A stretch of 28,789 bases of DNA, taken from IMG/VR virus record IMGVR_UViG_3300031452_000171, positions 1 through 28,789 of that record, one strand, 5' to 3'. Made by a program: the position numbers and the translations under genes. A model generated the notes under the pieces. That model ran no database searches, was not told where the DNA came from, and was given only the letters and a program-made list of their open reading frames with translations. This stretch comes from a virus. Lineage: Duplodnaviria; Caudoviricetes. Shown here in pieces: positions 16,875 to 25,822 of the stretch (position 1 is its first letter; every line of letters starts with the position of its first letter).

Positions 16875-18446
16875 TTATGCCGCGAGCGAGCCAGCGGTGG
16901 TCGGCAGCGTCTGCCGCTGCACCTGCACGGTCTGGCCGCCCTCCATGTTGACGATGAAGCGCTCGTTGATCGCCTGGTATTGCACCTGCGCGTCGGACTG
17001 CACGTAGCCAAGCGAGGTGCGGCCAGCAGGATTGTTCGAGAGGTCGCAGATCACGCTGAACGGCAGGCTGCCGTCGGTGCTGCCCAGCAAGCCCTGCGAC
17101 AGCATCGCCTGCAGGAACGACAGCTGCGTGGCACGGATGCGCTGGAACAGCCTGGCATTGATGACCTGTCCGACATACTGGCCCATCCCGGCGGCCAGCG
17201 TCGCCGCGAGATAGTTGGTCAGCCGCGTATAGTTGTCGCCGTTCGAGGCCGGGCTGCTGCTCGAGTTGTGGCCGCCGCGCACGCCCCAGAACGAGCCGGC
17301 CGGCTGCGGGTTGGCGATCAGGTCGACCCCCGCCTGCAGCAGCACCGACAGCTCGGCCGAGGAATACGTGCTCGCCCCGCCGCTGCCCGGCTGACCGGAG
17401 CGCTGGCTGGCGACCACGCCATAGAGCGGCTTGTTCAGGCTGCTCTGTTCGGGCGACAAATTGGCCAGCCGGCCCGCGACGAAGCCTTGCGCGCTGACCA
17501 GGCGGATCGTCGCGTTGACTTGGTCGCTCCACCACAGCCAGTCGCCGAACATCAGCTTCGTGGCATAGGAATCGAGGCCGGCGGCCTGCATAACCGACAC
17601 GGCATTGGCGATGGTGTCGCCGGGCGGTCCGGTCAAGATCATGTACACGCCCTCGGACAACCCGAACTGGGCCTGCACCGTCCACTGCGCCGCATCGTCG
17701 CTGTCGGCCAACAGGCCGATGCTGCAGCCTTGGCCGCGCAGCGCGTACATCCCGCGCCGCGTCGCGGCATCCACGCCCACCAGCTTCGCGGAAGTCAAGC
17801 CGTCGGCGCCGTCGCTGCCCGGTGTGCCGCTGCCAAAACCGATGCCGAACGTTGTCGGCACGACCGAGGTGGTGCCGGCGTTGACCAGCACGATCTGCGA
17901 CGGGCCACGCTGCGGTCCCTGCCCCAGGTTGACGGCCGCCGCCAGCGCCGCCCAGAACCCTGACCCGGTATCGACGATGTTGTCGAACACCTCGATCGGG
18001 CAACCCGGCAGCGACACCGTCAATCGCCAGCTTCCGGCGCGGCTGCCGGTGCCAAGCACGACGCCGATCTGGTTGCCGAGGCTGCCGGTGTACAGCGCGG
18101 TGAGCACCACCGCCGTCCCCGGCACCGTCTGCGTCGCGGCGGTGTCGGTGCCGTCGCTCGCACGCACGCAGCGGAAGTTGCTGGCGCCCTGCTGCACTGC
18201 GCAAGCCACGTGAGTGCCCATGTCGTATTTGCGCGCCATCAGCGGCCCGAAGCTCGCCGCATAGTCGGACATGGTCGCCACGATCACCGGGCGCCCGACC
18301 GGCCCCCAACTGGCGCTTCCGACCATGCCGACCACGTTGGTGGGCACGCCGTTCAGCACCAAGTTCTGCGGCGGCACGATCTGCACGTACAGATCGGGCA
18401 CCACCAGCGCCGTGGTGTTTATGCTGCCCTGTTGGACAATCGGCAT
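16875..18446 (-). CDS. Contractile tail sheath protein (523 aa)
   Basis: ATG at 18446 with GGAG RBS; PDLYVQ..GMVGSASWGPVGRP..ALYTGSLGNQI..TRLTNYL..FSVICDLSNN sheath motifs. Confidence 0.92.
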   Translation of the reverse strand: MPIVQQGSINTTALVVPDLYVQIVPPQNLVLNGVPTNVVGMVGSASWGPVGRPVIVATMSDYAASFGPLMARKYDMGTHVACAVQQGASNFRCVRASDGTDTAATQTVPGTAVVLTALYTGSLGNQIGVVLGTGSRAGSWRLTVSLPGCPIEVFDNIVDTGSGFWAALAAAVNLGQGPQRGPSQIVLVNAGTTSVVPTTFGIGFGSGTPGSDGADGLTSAKLVGVDAATRRGMYALRGQGCSIGLLADSDDAAQWTVQAQFGLSEGVYMILTGPPGDTIANAVSVMQAAGLDSYATKLMFGDWLWWSDQVNATIRLVSAQGFVAGRLANLSPEQSSLNKPLYGVVASQRSGQPGSGGASTYSSAELSVLLQAGVDLIANPQPAGSFWGVRGGHNSSSSPASNGDNYTRLTNYLAATLAAGMGQYVGQVINARLFQRIRATQLSFLQAMLSQGLLGSTDGSLPFSVICDLSNNPAGRTSLGYVQSDAQVQYQAINERFIVNMEGGQTVQVQRQTLPTTAGSLAA

Positions 18447-18471
18447 GGCTATTCTCCTTTGCTGGAACTGT

Positions 18472-19299
18472 TCACGACAGCAGGTTCCGCTGAGCCAATC
18501 CCCCGGCCACGATTTGCATGTCACCAAACAGCAGGCTCGGCAGCGTGGTCGTGAGCGTGGTGGCGAAGTCGACGCTGTAGAGCAGGTCGCGGCGATACAG
18601 CGCCGCGTCCTGGGCACGGTCGGACGGCAGCGACGCCACGTAGCAGAGCCACCCGGCGCTCCCGTCCGGCAGGCCGATGAAGTCGATCGCCGACAGTGCG
18701 CCGTCGATCGCAGCGGCGGCGACGTCGCGCAAGGCCGGCCCAGGGCACCAGCACACCACGCGGACCGCAATGCGCTGCCGCCGCGTCTCGCGCATCCCGG
18801 TCTGGTCGGCGACGACGCGGGCAATCAACCGGATCGCGCCCGGCACCAGGATCGTGGCGCCGCTTGCGGCGGCGGCGCGAACCGGCTGCAACACCCGCGC
18901 GAGCGCCGACGCCACGCTGGCCGGCGTATCGCCCGCCACCGTGCGGTGCACCGCCGCCACCGCATCGACCAGCACTCCCGCCAGTTGACCGACGTCGGCG
19001 CTGCCGGAAAAAATTGCAGCCTGCCACACGACATTCGCGAACAGCGTGACCGCTCGCGGCCGCGCCACGATCCACTCGTCGGGGTAGCGCGTGGTGACGC
19101 GCTGCTGGCCCGCCTCGACGCTCACGCTGACCCGCACTCGGCCGGCCAGCAGATCGGCGTCGAGTCCGGCGGCATCGGGCCAGCCGCAATGGATGTGACA
19201 GGGCGGCCCGACGACGCTGGCAGCCGCGGTTCCGCGGGGATACAGCACCCCGGCGACAATCGCCGCCAGAGCCCGTTCGACGTCCGACTGATCCGCCAT
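18472..19299 (-). CDS. Neck/tail terminator-like protein (275 aa)
   Basis: MADQSDVERAL..GWP..LDADL..LYRRDLLYSVDF; immediately before the sheath; start overlaps the upstream stop. Confidence 0.65.
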   Translation of the reverse strand: MADQSDVERALAAIVAGVLYPRGTAAASVVGPPCHIHCGWPDAAGLDADLLAGRVRVSVSVEAGQQRVTTRYPDEWIVARPRAVTLFANVVWQAAIFSGSADVGQLAGVLVDAVAAVHRTVAGDTPASVASALARVLQPVRAAAASGATILVPGAIRLIARVVADQTGMRETRRQRIAVRVVCWCPGPALRDVAAAAIDGALSAIDFIGLPDGSAGWLCYVASLPSDRAQDAALYRRDLLYSVDFATTLTTTLPSLLFGDMQIVAGGLAQRNLLS

Positions 19300-19931
19300 C
19301 AGCTTGCCGCCTGGCGCACGTAAAGCCGCCAGCCCAGCTCGGTCAATTCGGCCGCCGCGACCACGCCGGCGCAGCCGAGGTCGTCGGTCAGCAGGTCGCC
19401 GCTGCGGATCGCCACATCGGCCAACGCCGGCAGCAGCACGCTCCAGCCGCCAACCCCCGCGTCGCCCGGCAGTTCGGCGCGCTCCATGCCGCTGCCGGCC
19501 GCCAGCACGCTCGCCGGCCACCGGCTCAACACCAGCGCCGCCGACGCCCGCTGCAGGCCACCGTAGCCGCTAAGTCCGACCGCGCGCGGCTGCCCCGCAC
19601 GCATCACGCTCATCACCCGGGTCGCCCGCACGCACAGCACCGGCAGCAGCGGCGCCTGGCTCACGATGAACCAAGTGGCATCGGCCGCTTGTAGGTAATC
19701 GCCGGCCCGCGTGTAGCCGGCATCGAACACCCCGGTGTGCAGCGGGTGGCCGTAGCCCATGCCGTGCTGGCGCAGCGGCTCGAAATGTGCCGGCAGCCGC
19801 AGCAGCAGGTTGCGCGGGCGGATCGCCGGGCCGCCATCGATCGGCCGGTGCAGCGCGCACGCGGCCCCCAGATGACGGGCCGCGACGCCGTTGCCGTAGC
19901 AGATCGCGTCGTTGATGCGGACCCGCTCCAT
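19299..19931 (-). CDS. Head closure/neck protein (210 aa)
   Basis: ATG at 19931 overlaps the upstream TGA; neck position in the gene order. Confidence 0.6.
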   Translation of the reverse strand: MERVRINDAICYGNGVAARHLGAACALHRPIDGGPAIRPRNLLLRLPAHFEPLRQHGMGYGHPLHTGVFDAGYTRAGDYLQAADATWFIVSQAPLLPVLCVRATRVMSVMRAGQPRAVGLSGYGGLQRASAALVLSRWPASVLAAGSGMERAELPGDAGVGGWSVLLPALADVAIRSGDLLTDDLGCAGVVAAAELTELGWRLYVRQAAS

Positions 19932-20308
19932 CACACCACCATCACGATGCCGCGCTCGCCCAGCGCCGGGCCGGCGGGAATGCCCAGGAAACCGCACAGG
20001 CGGCGGCGCCAGTCGTCGAACAGCGCCGCCCGGTCGCGCGTCTCCTGCGGATTGCGCGTCCACACCGCCGCCTGCTCGGTGTCCAGCCGCGCCGCCGTTG
20101 CGGGAATGTCCGCCTCCAGCGACGCCAACTGCACGAGGTAGCCACGCACCACGGCCTCCTCGACGGCGGCCAGGTTCTGCACGCGGTATTCCAGCAACCC
20201 GTACGCCTGGAAGAACCGCCAGCCCTGAAACCCCGAAGCGCCGACGCCGTAGGCGGGATAGCCGCAATGACGCCGGATGTCGGTCCGCTCGCTTGCCGAG
20301 AAGGCCAT
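19931..20308 (-). CDS. Head-tail connector/adaptor (125 aa)
   Basis: ERTDIRRHCGYP helical protein directly after the capsid gene; GGAG RBS. Confidence 0.7.
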   Translation of the reverse strand: MAFSASERTDIRRHCGYPAYGVGASGFQGWRFFQAYGLLEYRVQNLAAVEEAVVRGYLVQLASLEADIPATAARLDTEQAAVWTRNPQETRDRAALFDDWRRRLCGFLGIPAGPALGERGIVMVV

Positions 20309-20343
20309 GTGTCAGTCTCCCGAGTTGCGCGACCGCCTCACGT

Positions 20344-21666
20344 TCAGCCCATGTGCTCGACCATCACCGCGCGCTTGAACGCGGAGTTGGTTGCGGTCGG
20401 GATGGTGCTCGGGTTGGTGGTGACGTCGGACGGCGTGCAGAAGCCGCCGATCCAGTACCAGCTCTGCGCGATGATCTGCTGCAGCCGGTCGATCGGCTCG
20501 CGCGTCACCATCGCCACGTCGTCGATGACGTTGACGATGCTGTCGCCGGGCCGCACGTCCTCGGCTGCCATGCCGGCAAAGTCGCCCTCGATCAGCGCGC
20601 CCTGGCCGCAGATGATCGGCCGTCGCACCACGGCCCCGGGGATCGCCGGATGCGGCTGCACGTAGGCCTCGGTCGTCGGCACGAAGCGCAGTCCCAGGAA
20701 GTCGTTGACCATGCCGCGCTTGAACACCTGGTTGGCGCTGGTGGCGCCGATGAACAGCTGGCGGAAGTCGTTGTCGGCGAACAGCTGCCGGGCGCTGACC
20801 GGGTCGAGATAGCAGTTGAACGCGCCGTCGATCTCCGGCACCGCGTTCAGCCGCAGCGTCGCCACGGCGTTCAGCAGCGTGCCCATGTTGAGCGTGTCGC
20901 CGGCCACGATCTGCGCGGTGTTGCCGCGCCCGTTCGGACGCGCCATGGCGCTGGCGGTAGCCGCCGTCGCGGTGTTGCCCGCGGTGCCGTCGGCCACGCT
21001 CACCGAGCCGCTGAAGGTCAGCACGCCGCTGACGCCGCCCGGAGCGGTCGCGACGTTCACCAAATCGGCCGCTGCGCCAACCAGCGTGTAGACGTTGGCG
21101 CCGACCGTGACGGTCAACGAGTTGGCGCCGCCCACCGGCGCCTGCACGCCGTTCACGAACACCGTGGTGAAGCCGCGGATGTCGTCCACGCTCACCGCCG
21201 GCCCGGCCGCGGCGAGGGTGGCGCGCACCCGCGTGTTGCCGCCGAAATACGACGCGAACAACGCATTGCGCGCCAGCTCGTCCAGGCTGCGCGCCGCCTG
21301 CTCGCCGTTGATCGCGGCATTCAGCAGGAACTGGTCGGCAATGCCGACGCGGCTGGTCACCATGTTGAGATCGGTGGTGGCGGCGTAGTGGTTGATCGTG
21401 ATGGTGTACTGCTCGACGCTGAAGCCGCTCGGAGCCAGGCCGTTGTCGAGGTTGGTGTTGCCGCTGGCGGCCAGCGGCGTGGTGACGCTGGGCTTCAGCC
21501 CGGCACGGGTCTTGGTCAGCGTCTCGCCGATGCCGACGCTGAACTGCTCGCGGTCGGCGACCGCGCGGTAGCCGAGGCGCGACTGCAAGGCCTGCTGGAA
21601 CTCGCGCTCCAGGAAGCCCTGTTGGATGATTGCCTGCAGGCTGGCTGGGAAGTTCTGGATGCCCAT
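20344..21666 (-). CDS. Major capsid protein (440 aa)
   Basis: Follows the scaffold; HK97-fold-like pattern (QAARSLDELARNAL; YLDPVSARQLFAD; FLGLRFVPT; PIDRLQQ..SWYWIGG) with a beta-rich insertion. Confidence 0.85.
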   Translation of the reverse strand: MGIQNFPASLQAIIQQGFLEREFQQALQSRLGYRAVADREQFSVGIGETLTKTRAGLKPSVTTPLAASGNTNLDNGLAPSGFSVEQYTITINHYAATTDLNMVTSRVGIADQFLLNAAINGEQAARSLDELARNALFASYFGGNTRVRATLAAAGPAVSVDDIRGFTTVFVNGVQAPVGGANSLTVTVGANVYTLVGAAADLVNVATAPGGVSGVLTFSGSVSVADGTAGNTATAATASAMARPNGRGNTAQIVAGDTLNMGTLLNAVATLRLNAVPEIDGAFNCYLDPVSARQLFADNDFRQLFIGATSANQVFKRGMVNDFLGLRFVPTTEAYVQPHPAIPGAVVRRPIICGQGALIEGDFAGMAAEDVRPGDSIVNVIDDVAMVTREPIDRLQQIIAQSWYWIGGFCTPSDVTTNPSTIPTATNSAFKRAVMVEHMG

Positions 21667-21721
21667 GCGTAGGTTTCCTGTCGTGAGATTGTCGGTGGTG
21701 GGAGTGCCAACGATGAAGGTG

Positions 21722-22108
21722 TCAGCGGCGGCGCAGCAGCTCGGCCCGCGCCGCGCGCCATTCGTCGTGCGTCATGTCGGTGGCGCGCCGTGTTCCCGGC
21801 GTCTGCGCGGGCGGCGCGCTGGCGCCGTGCGACGACGATGCCGCGGGTCCGGCCATGCCGAACAGCCAGGGCTTGGCCCGCTTCATGGTCGCCATCAGCC
21901 CGACGCCGCCGACCACTTCGCCAAGGGCGTCGAGCGTCACGTCGCGCGCATCCAGCAGCTTCAAGCCGTCCAGATCGACCATGCCGGCGCGCGCCGCCTC
22001 GGCACGCAGCCCGGCCTGCACCAGCGCCACGCGATGCGTGTCCTGCATCTGCGACAGTTGCTGCTCGAGCGCCGCCACCCTGTTGTCGGGACTGGGTTCG
22101 TCAGTCAT
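21722..22108 (-). CDS. Capsid scaffolding protein (128 aa)
   Basis: Coiled-coil N-terminus, KRAKPWLF motif, ATDMTHDEWRAARAEL tail; ATGA overlap with portal; GGAGG RBS. Confidence 0.8.
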   Translation of the reverse strand: MTDEPSPDNRVAALEQQLSQMQDTHRVALVQAGLRAEAARAGMVDLDGLKLLDARDVTLDALGEVVGGVGLMATMKRAKPWLFGMAGPAASSSHGASAPPAQTPGTRRATDMTHDEWRAARAELLRRR

Positions 22109-23307
22109 GCGTCCTCCTCTCGTGTGATGCGCGCCAGTTCCGCCGGCACGTCGTCGACGCCATAGACATCGGCAATCGCCTTCACCGCCGTCTCCCGGCT
22201 CATGAGGTTCGCCGCTGTCAACGTCTGCAAGGTTTGTGCATCGCGGCTGCGGTCGTCGGCACTCGCCGGGGTCCAGCGCGGCCAGCGCAGCGTGAGCCGC
22301 GCGGTCACGTCGAGCGGCGGCACCGTCTCGCCCAGCACTCGCAACGGAAAGGCGTGCGAGGCCCGCACCACCATCGCCGCGAGTTGCAGCAATCCCGCGC
22401 CGTAGCTGACGCGCAGCCGGTCGGCGAGCCACAGCAGCCCCTGGTTCATCAGCTCCAGCGCCCGCCCGCTCTGCGCCGCGGACAGCCGGTCGGCGTTGGC
22501 GCGGTTGCCGTGCACGCCCTCCAGCGCCAGCTCGCGCAAGGTGCGGACGTAGTCGATGACCGCCTGGGCCGCCGTGCCGTTGATCTCCAGCAGCTTGGCG
22601 TCGCCGTTGGCGCCCACCACCAGCGCGTTGCCGCCGCCGCGCACCAGGCTGCCATCCGGCGCCGCCGGCTCGCGGATGAGCAGCAGCGGGTCGGACGAGT
22701 ATTTCAACCCCCGCCCGGCCTGCGAGAGCTGGTAGTCGATCTCGATGGTGGTCTCGATCGCGCACTGAAAGGTGCAGCTACCATCTGGCTCTTCGCTGCC
22801 GCCGGGACCGCCGGGTAGGTTGCGTATCCACACGATCGGCACGAAGCCAAGGCCGTGGCGCACGCTGCGGGCGGGGTCGGGCAGCTTCTCGCAGGGCGGC
22901 CCGCCGACCCGTTGCGGCGCAAACCAGGTCTCGCCGTCGGCGTCCCACTGCCGCTCGAACCAGTACAGCGACTGCGGCTCGCATTCGTCGTAGCCGCGGC
23001 TCAGCAGCACGCGCCCGGCGACCTTGTAGCGCTCGCTCACCCGCAATAGCCGATCGGGCTCCTGCGGGTCCCACTCGGGCCGCAGGAACCTGGTGTCGAG
23101 CACGGCGAAGAACACGCGGCCGCGCAACACCCGCAACCACACCGCGACGCTGCCGACGCTGCCGGTCCGCGCCGCCTCGAGCATGACGGCGTTCAGCGCG
23201 GAGTCACGGACCACATCGCCGAGCACGCGGCGGTAGATGTCGAGCCGGCGCACGCGGTCGTCGTAATCGGCATCGCTGCCGATCAGGCTGCAGATCGTCT
23301 CGAACAT
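22105..23307 (-). CDS. Portal protein (400 aa; possible internal deletion near the N-terminus)
   Basis: Follows the terminase; HGLGFVPIVWIRN, IDYQLSQ, AQSGRALEL and MSRETAV portal motifs. Confidence 0.85.
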   Translation of the reverse strand: MFETICSLIGSDADYDDRVRRLDIYRRVLGDVVRDSALNAVMLEAARTGSVGSVAVWLRVLRGRVFFAVLDTRFLRPEWDPQEPDRLLRVSERYKVAGRVLLSRGYDECEPQSLYWFERQWDADGETWFAPQRVGGPPCEKLPDPARSVRHGLGFVPIVWIRNLPGGPGGSEEPDGSCTFQCAIETTIEIDYQLSQAGRGLKYSSDPLLLIREPAAPDGSLVRGGGNALVVGANGDAKLLEINGTAAQAVIDYVRTLRELALEGVHGNRANADRLSAAQSGRALELMNQGLLWLADRLRVSYGAGLLQLAAMVVRASHAFPLRVLGETVPPLDVTARLTLRWPRWTPASADDRSRDAQTLQTLTAANLMSRETAVKAIADVYGVDDVPAELARITREEDA

Positions 23308-23329
23308 GCTTGCTTCCTGAAAGCGGGCG

Positions 23330-24748
23330 TCAGCGCCCGACCAAGTTCATCTGCATCCGTCTGGCGCCACGCGATGCGGCGGTCAGCATGGCGAAGGCGC
23401 GGGCCAGCGCGTCCACCTGGTCGTCCTTGCGGCCGTGCGGGAAGTCGCGCAGCTCGTCGACGAAGGCCGGGTTCCAGGCGCCCCGGACCATGGTGAGCAG
23501 GCCGGCCTCGGTCTGTGCGCTGACCGGCCCGGCGCGGGTGAGCTTGCTGCCGCTCTCGGGGCTGGCCACCACCCGCCAGCCGGCCAGCCGCCCCGAGAGG
23601 TAGGCGACCTGCTGCTTGCCGGCCTGCCCAGGGTCCTGCGGCAACCCGACCGCCACCTCCGCCCCATCGGCATGGGCCGCCACCATGATCGCCTGCTCGA
23701 CCGCCAGCGGGCCGCCGCGCAGCCGCACGACGTCAAGCACGCAGAACCGCCCGTCCTCGCCGCGCATCATCTTCAGCCCGACCGTCCAATCGGGGTCGCC
23801 GCCGGCGCCGGCCTCGGTCGCCGCCAGGTCCCAGGCGCGCACCGCGGCGCCACCCGGCGGCGGCTGCTCCAGGGTGGCGATGGTGGCCGGGCGGAACAGC
23901 GTGCCGTGCGGCGGGCGAGGTTGTTGCTGGAACAGCGCCGACCACACCCGCTCGCCGACCGCCAACCGCTTGCGCGCCAGCACCGCCGCATCCTCCCAGC
24001 CGGGCCACAGCGCCTCGCCCGGCGCGCGGCCGAGCGGGTCGCCCACCTCGGCCAAAGCCGGCAGGCGCAGCACGTCCCAGGGTTCGGCCCCGGCCAGCAG
24101 GCGGCCGCCAAGGTCGTCCTCGTGCCACCGGGTCATCACCACGACGATGCGGCCGCGCGGCTTGAGCCGGGGCAGCAGGTCGGCCTGGAACCAGTGCCAC
24201 AGGCTGTCGCGCAGCGTCTGGCTCTCGGCTTCGGCGTAACTCTTGATGGGGTCGTCGATCAGCACCAGGTCGGCGCGCCGGCCGACGATCGGCCCGCGCA
24301 CCCCGGCGGCGAAATACTGCCCGCCGCTTTGCGTCCGCCAGCGCCCGGCGGCACGGTCGTCGCGCGCCAGCTCCAACCCTGCCGCGCTGCCGTGCTCGGC
24401 CACCAGCGAACGCGCGCTGCGGCCGAAGTGATGCGCCAGCGCCTCGGTGTGGCAGGCGGCGATGATGCTGTGGCGCGGAAAGCGGAGCAGCCACCATGGC
24501 GGCAGCACGACGCTGCAGTAGGTCGATTTCGCGCTGCCGGGCGGCATCAGCACCAGCAGCCGCTCGATGCGCCCGGCCGCCACGCCCTCCAGCCGGTCGA
24601 GCAGCAGCGCGTGATGCGGGGCCGGCTCGAACGGCGCCAACGTCAGGCGCGCCCACTCGTCCAGTCCGCAAACCTCTGCCTTAGCCTGGACGGGCGACGC
24701 CACGAGAGGCGCGGGCAACCTTTTTGTTGCCACGCCGCACCCCGTCAA
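23330..24748 (-). CDS. Terminase large subunit (start codon uncertain)
   Basis: Walker A MPPGSAKS, Walker B LVLIDDP, coupling motif VMTRW, nuclease motifs AWDLAAT and DDQVDA. Confidence 0.95.
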   Translation of the reverse strand: MTGCGVATKRLPAPLVASPVQAKAEVCGLDEWARLTLAPFEPAPHHALLLDRLEGVAAGRIERLLVLMPPGSAKSTYCSVVLPPWWLLRFPRHSIIAACHTEALAHHFGRSARSLVAEHGSAAGLELARDDRAAGRWRTQSGGQYFAAGVRGPIVGRRADLVLIDDPIKSYAEAESQTLRDSLWHWFQADLLPRLKPRGRIVVVMTRWHEDDLGGRLLAGAEPWDVLRLPALAEVGDPLGRAPGEALWPGWEDAAVLARKRLAVGERVWSALFQQQPRPPHGTLFRPATIATLEQPPPGGAAVRAWDLAATEAGAGGDPDWTVGLKMMRGEDGRFCVLDVVRLRGGPLAVEQAIMVAAHADGAEVAVGLPQDPGQAGKQQVAYLSGRLAGWRVVASPESGSKLTRAGPVSAQTEAGLLTMVRGAWNPAFVDELRDFPHGRKDDQVDALARAFAMLTAASRGARRMQMNLVGR

Positions 24749-24801
24749 GTTCGCCTTGCGTCCGACCGGCCTCTCTACGCACGCCGCCGATCATGTCGGA
24801 A

Positions 24802-24841
24802 GATATACAGGAAAGTGGTCCGTTTGGTCAAGGAAAATAAT
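24802..24841 (-). promoter_or_regulatory. Putative sigma70-type promoter of the structural operon with an overlapping operator-like box
   Basis: Minus-strand TTGACC (24831-24826), N18, TATATC (24807-24802); GTCA-N7-TAAT at 24827-24841. Confidence 0.5.
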
Positions 24842-25205
24842 CCAACGCGCTTATGCTATTTTTCCTGCCGTCGCTGCGGCGCGGTATGTCCTTGCGCGCC
24901 GCATGGAACCGGGCATTCAAGTTGAAAGTCGAGCACGACAACAGAACAGCAGCCACACCAAAGCCATAATCATCAAGCGATCTTCATGCTGAATTAACAA
25001 CCGTTTGTGGTATGAAATGTGGCTATCTGCTGCCGCCACATTTGGTTTCACTGCACTGCAATTCGGAACGTCTCAAATGTAATCTGTCGGCACAGGCGGT
25101 TTCGGGGTTGATCTTGTCCGCCAGGCTTGATCTTATGACCATCCCTCACGGGATTGCGATGCAGGCGGCAGGTGAGGCAGGCGAGCGGATCAACGGCTAT
25201 GAAGG

Positions 25206-25811
25206 ATGCACATGATCGCACGGGCAACGCTTGCACTGATGCTGGCCGGACCGGCGCTGATGGGAGGCCTCGTCGTGGCCTCGTATCCCGCCGCCGCCCA
25301 CAGCCGCAGGCCAACCGTGTCGCCACCTGCCCCGACCCGAGAACGCACCACCCAGGCCGGCCCGCGACGCGGCCGCGCCATGCCGGCCGCCTTCACCCCT
25401 CGCCAGACCCGACGCCAGGCGCCCGTCACCGTCGCAATGTTCGACGACGGGCTGGCTTACGACACGCCGCGCGACGCCCAGGGCCGCCCGCTTCCGGAAC
25501 AGGCTTCGATTTCCAACGCAGTATTCCAAACGGGCACGGCAAGCTGGTACGGCGGCAAGGCGTGGCAGGGCCACCGCATGAGCGACGGCAACCGCTATGA
25601 CCAGGATCGGCTCACCGCCGCCCATGCCACGCTGCCGTTGGGCAGCAAGGTGCTGGTAACCTTGGTCCACAGCAGCCGGTCGGTGGTCGTCACCATCACC
25701 GACCGTCCCGGCACCCGCTCCCGCATCATCGACCTTAGCCGCGGCGCCGCGACGGCGCTCGGGATCACCTCGCAGGGCGTGGCCCAGGTCAGCCTGGCGC
25801 CGCCACAGTAA
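25206..25811 (+). CDS. rlpA: Septal ring lytic transglycosylase RlpA family protein
   Basis: QTGTASWYG..TAAHATLPLGSKVLVT..VVVTITDR..RIIDLSRGAA DPBB motif; N-terminal hydrophobic segment. Confidence 0.9.
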   Translation: MHMIARATLALMLAGPALMGGLVVASYPAAAHSRRPTVSPPAPTRERTTQAGPRRGRAMPAAFTPRQTRRQAPVTVAMFDDGLAYDTPRDAQGRPLPEQASISNAVFQTGTASWYGGKAWQGHRMSDGNRYDQDRLTAAHATLPLGSKVLVTLVHSSRSVVVTITDRPGTRSRIIDLSRGAATALGITSQGVAQVSLAPPQ

Positions 25812-25822
25812 GGCCTACCGGC

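Larger units (their letters stand above)
1..24748 (-). mobile_element. Phage-derived virion morphogenesis and lysis operon (myovirus-type; GTA-like element or prophage remnant)
   Basis: About 27 co-oriented genes in canonical packaging-head-neck-tail-baseplate-fibre-lysis order, many with overlapping stop/start codons. No integrase or replication genes in the window. Confidence 0.9.

Noticed and set aside
8852-18446. Tailocin or eCIS interpretation
   Set aside because: Capsid, scaffold, portal and an intact-looking terminase are in the same operon, and no eCIS AAA ATPase or toxin is seen.
259-24925. Many long plus-strand and alternate-frame ORFs
   Set aside because: Arg/Ala/Pro-rich shadow frames expected at high GC; they overlap well-supported genes and carry no motifs.
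24994-25008. CtrA box
   Set aside because: Only one TTAA half-site; the second position reads TTGT.
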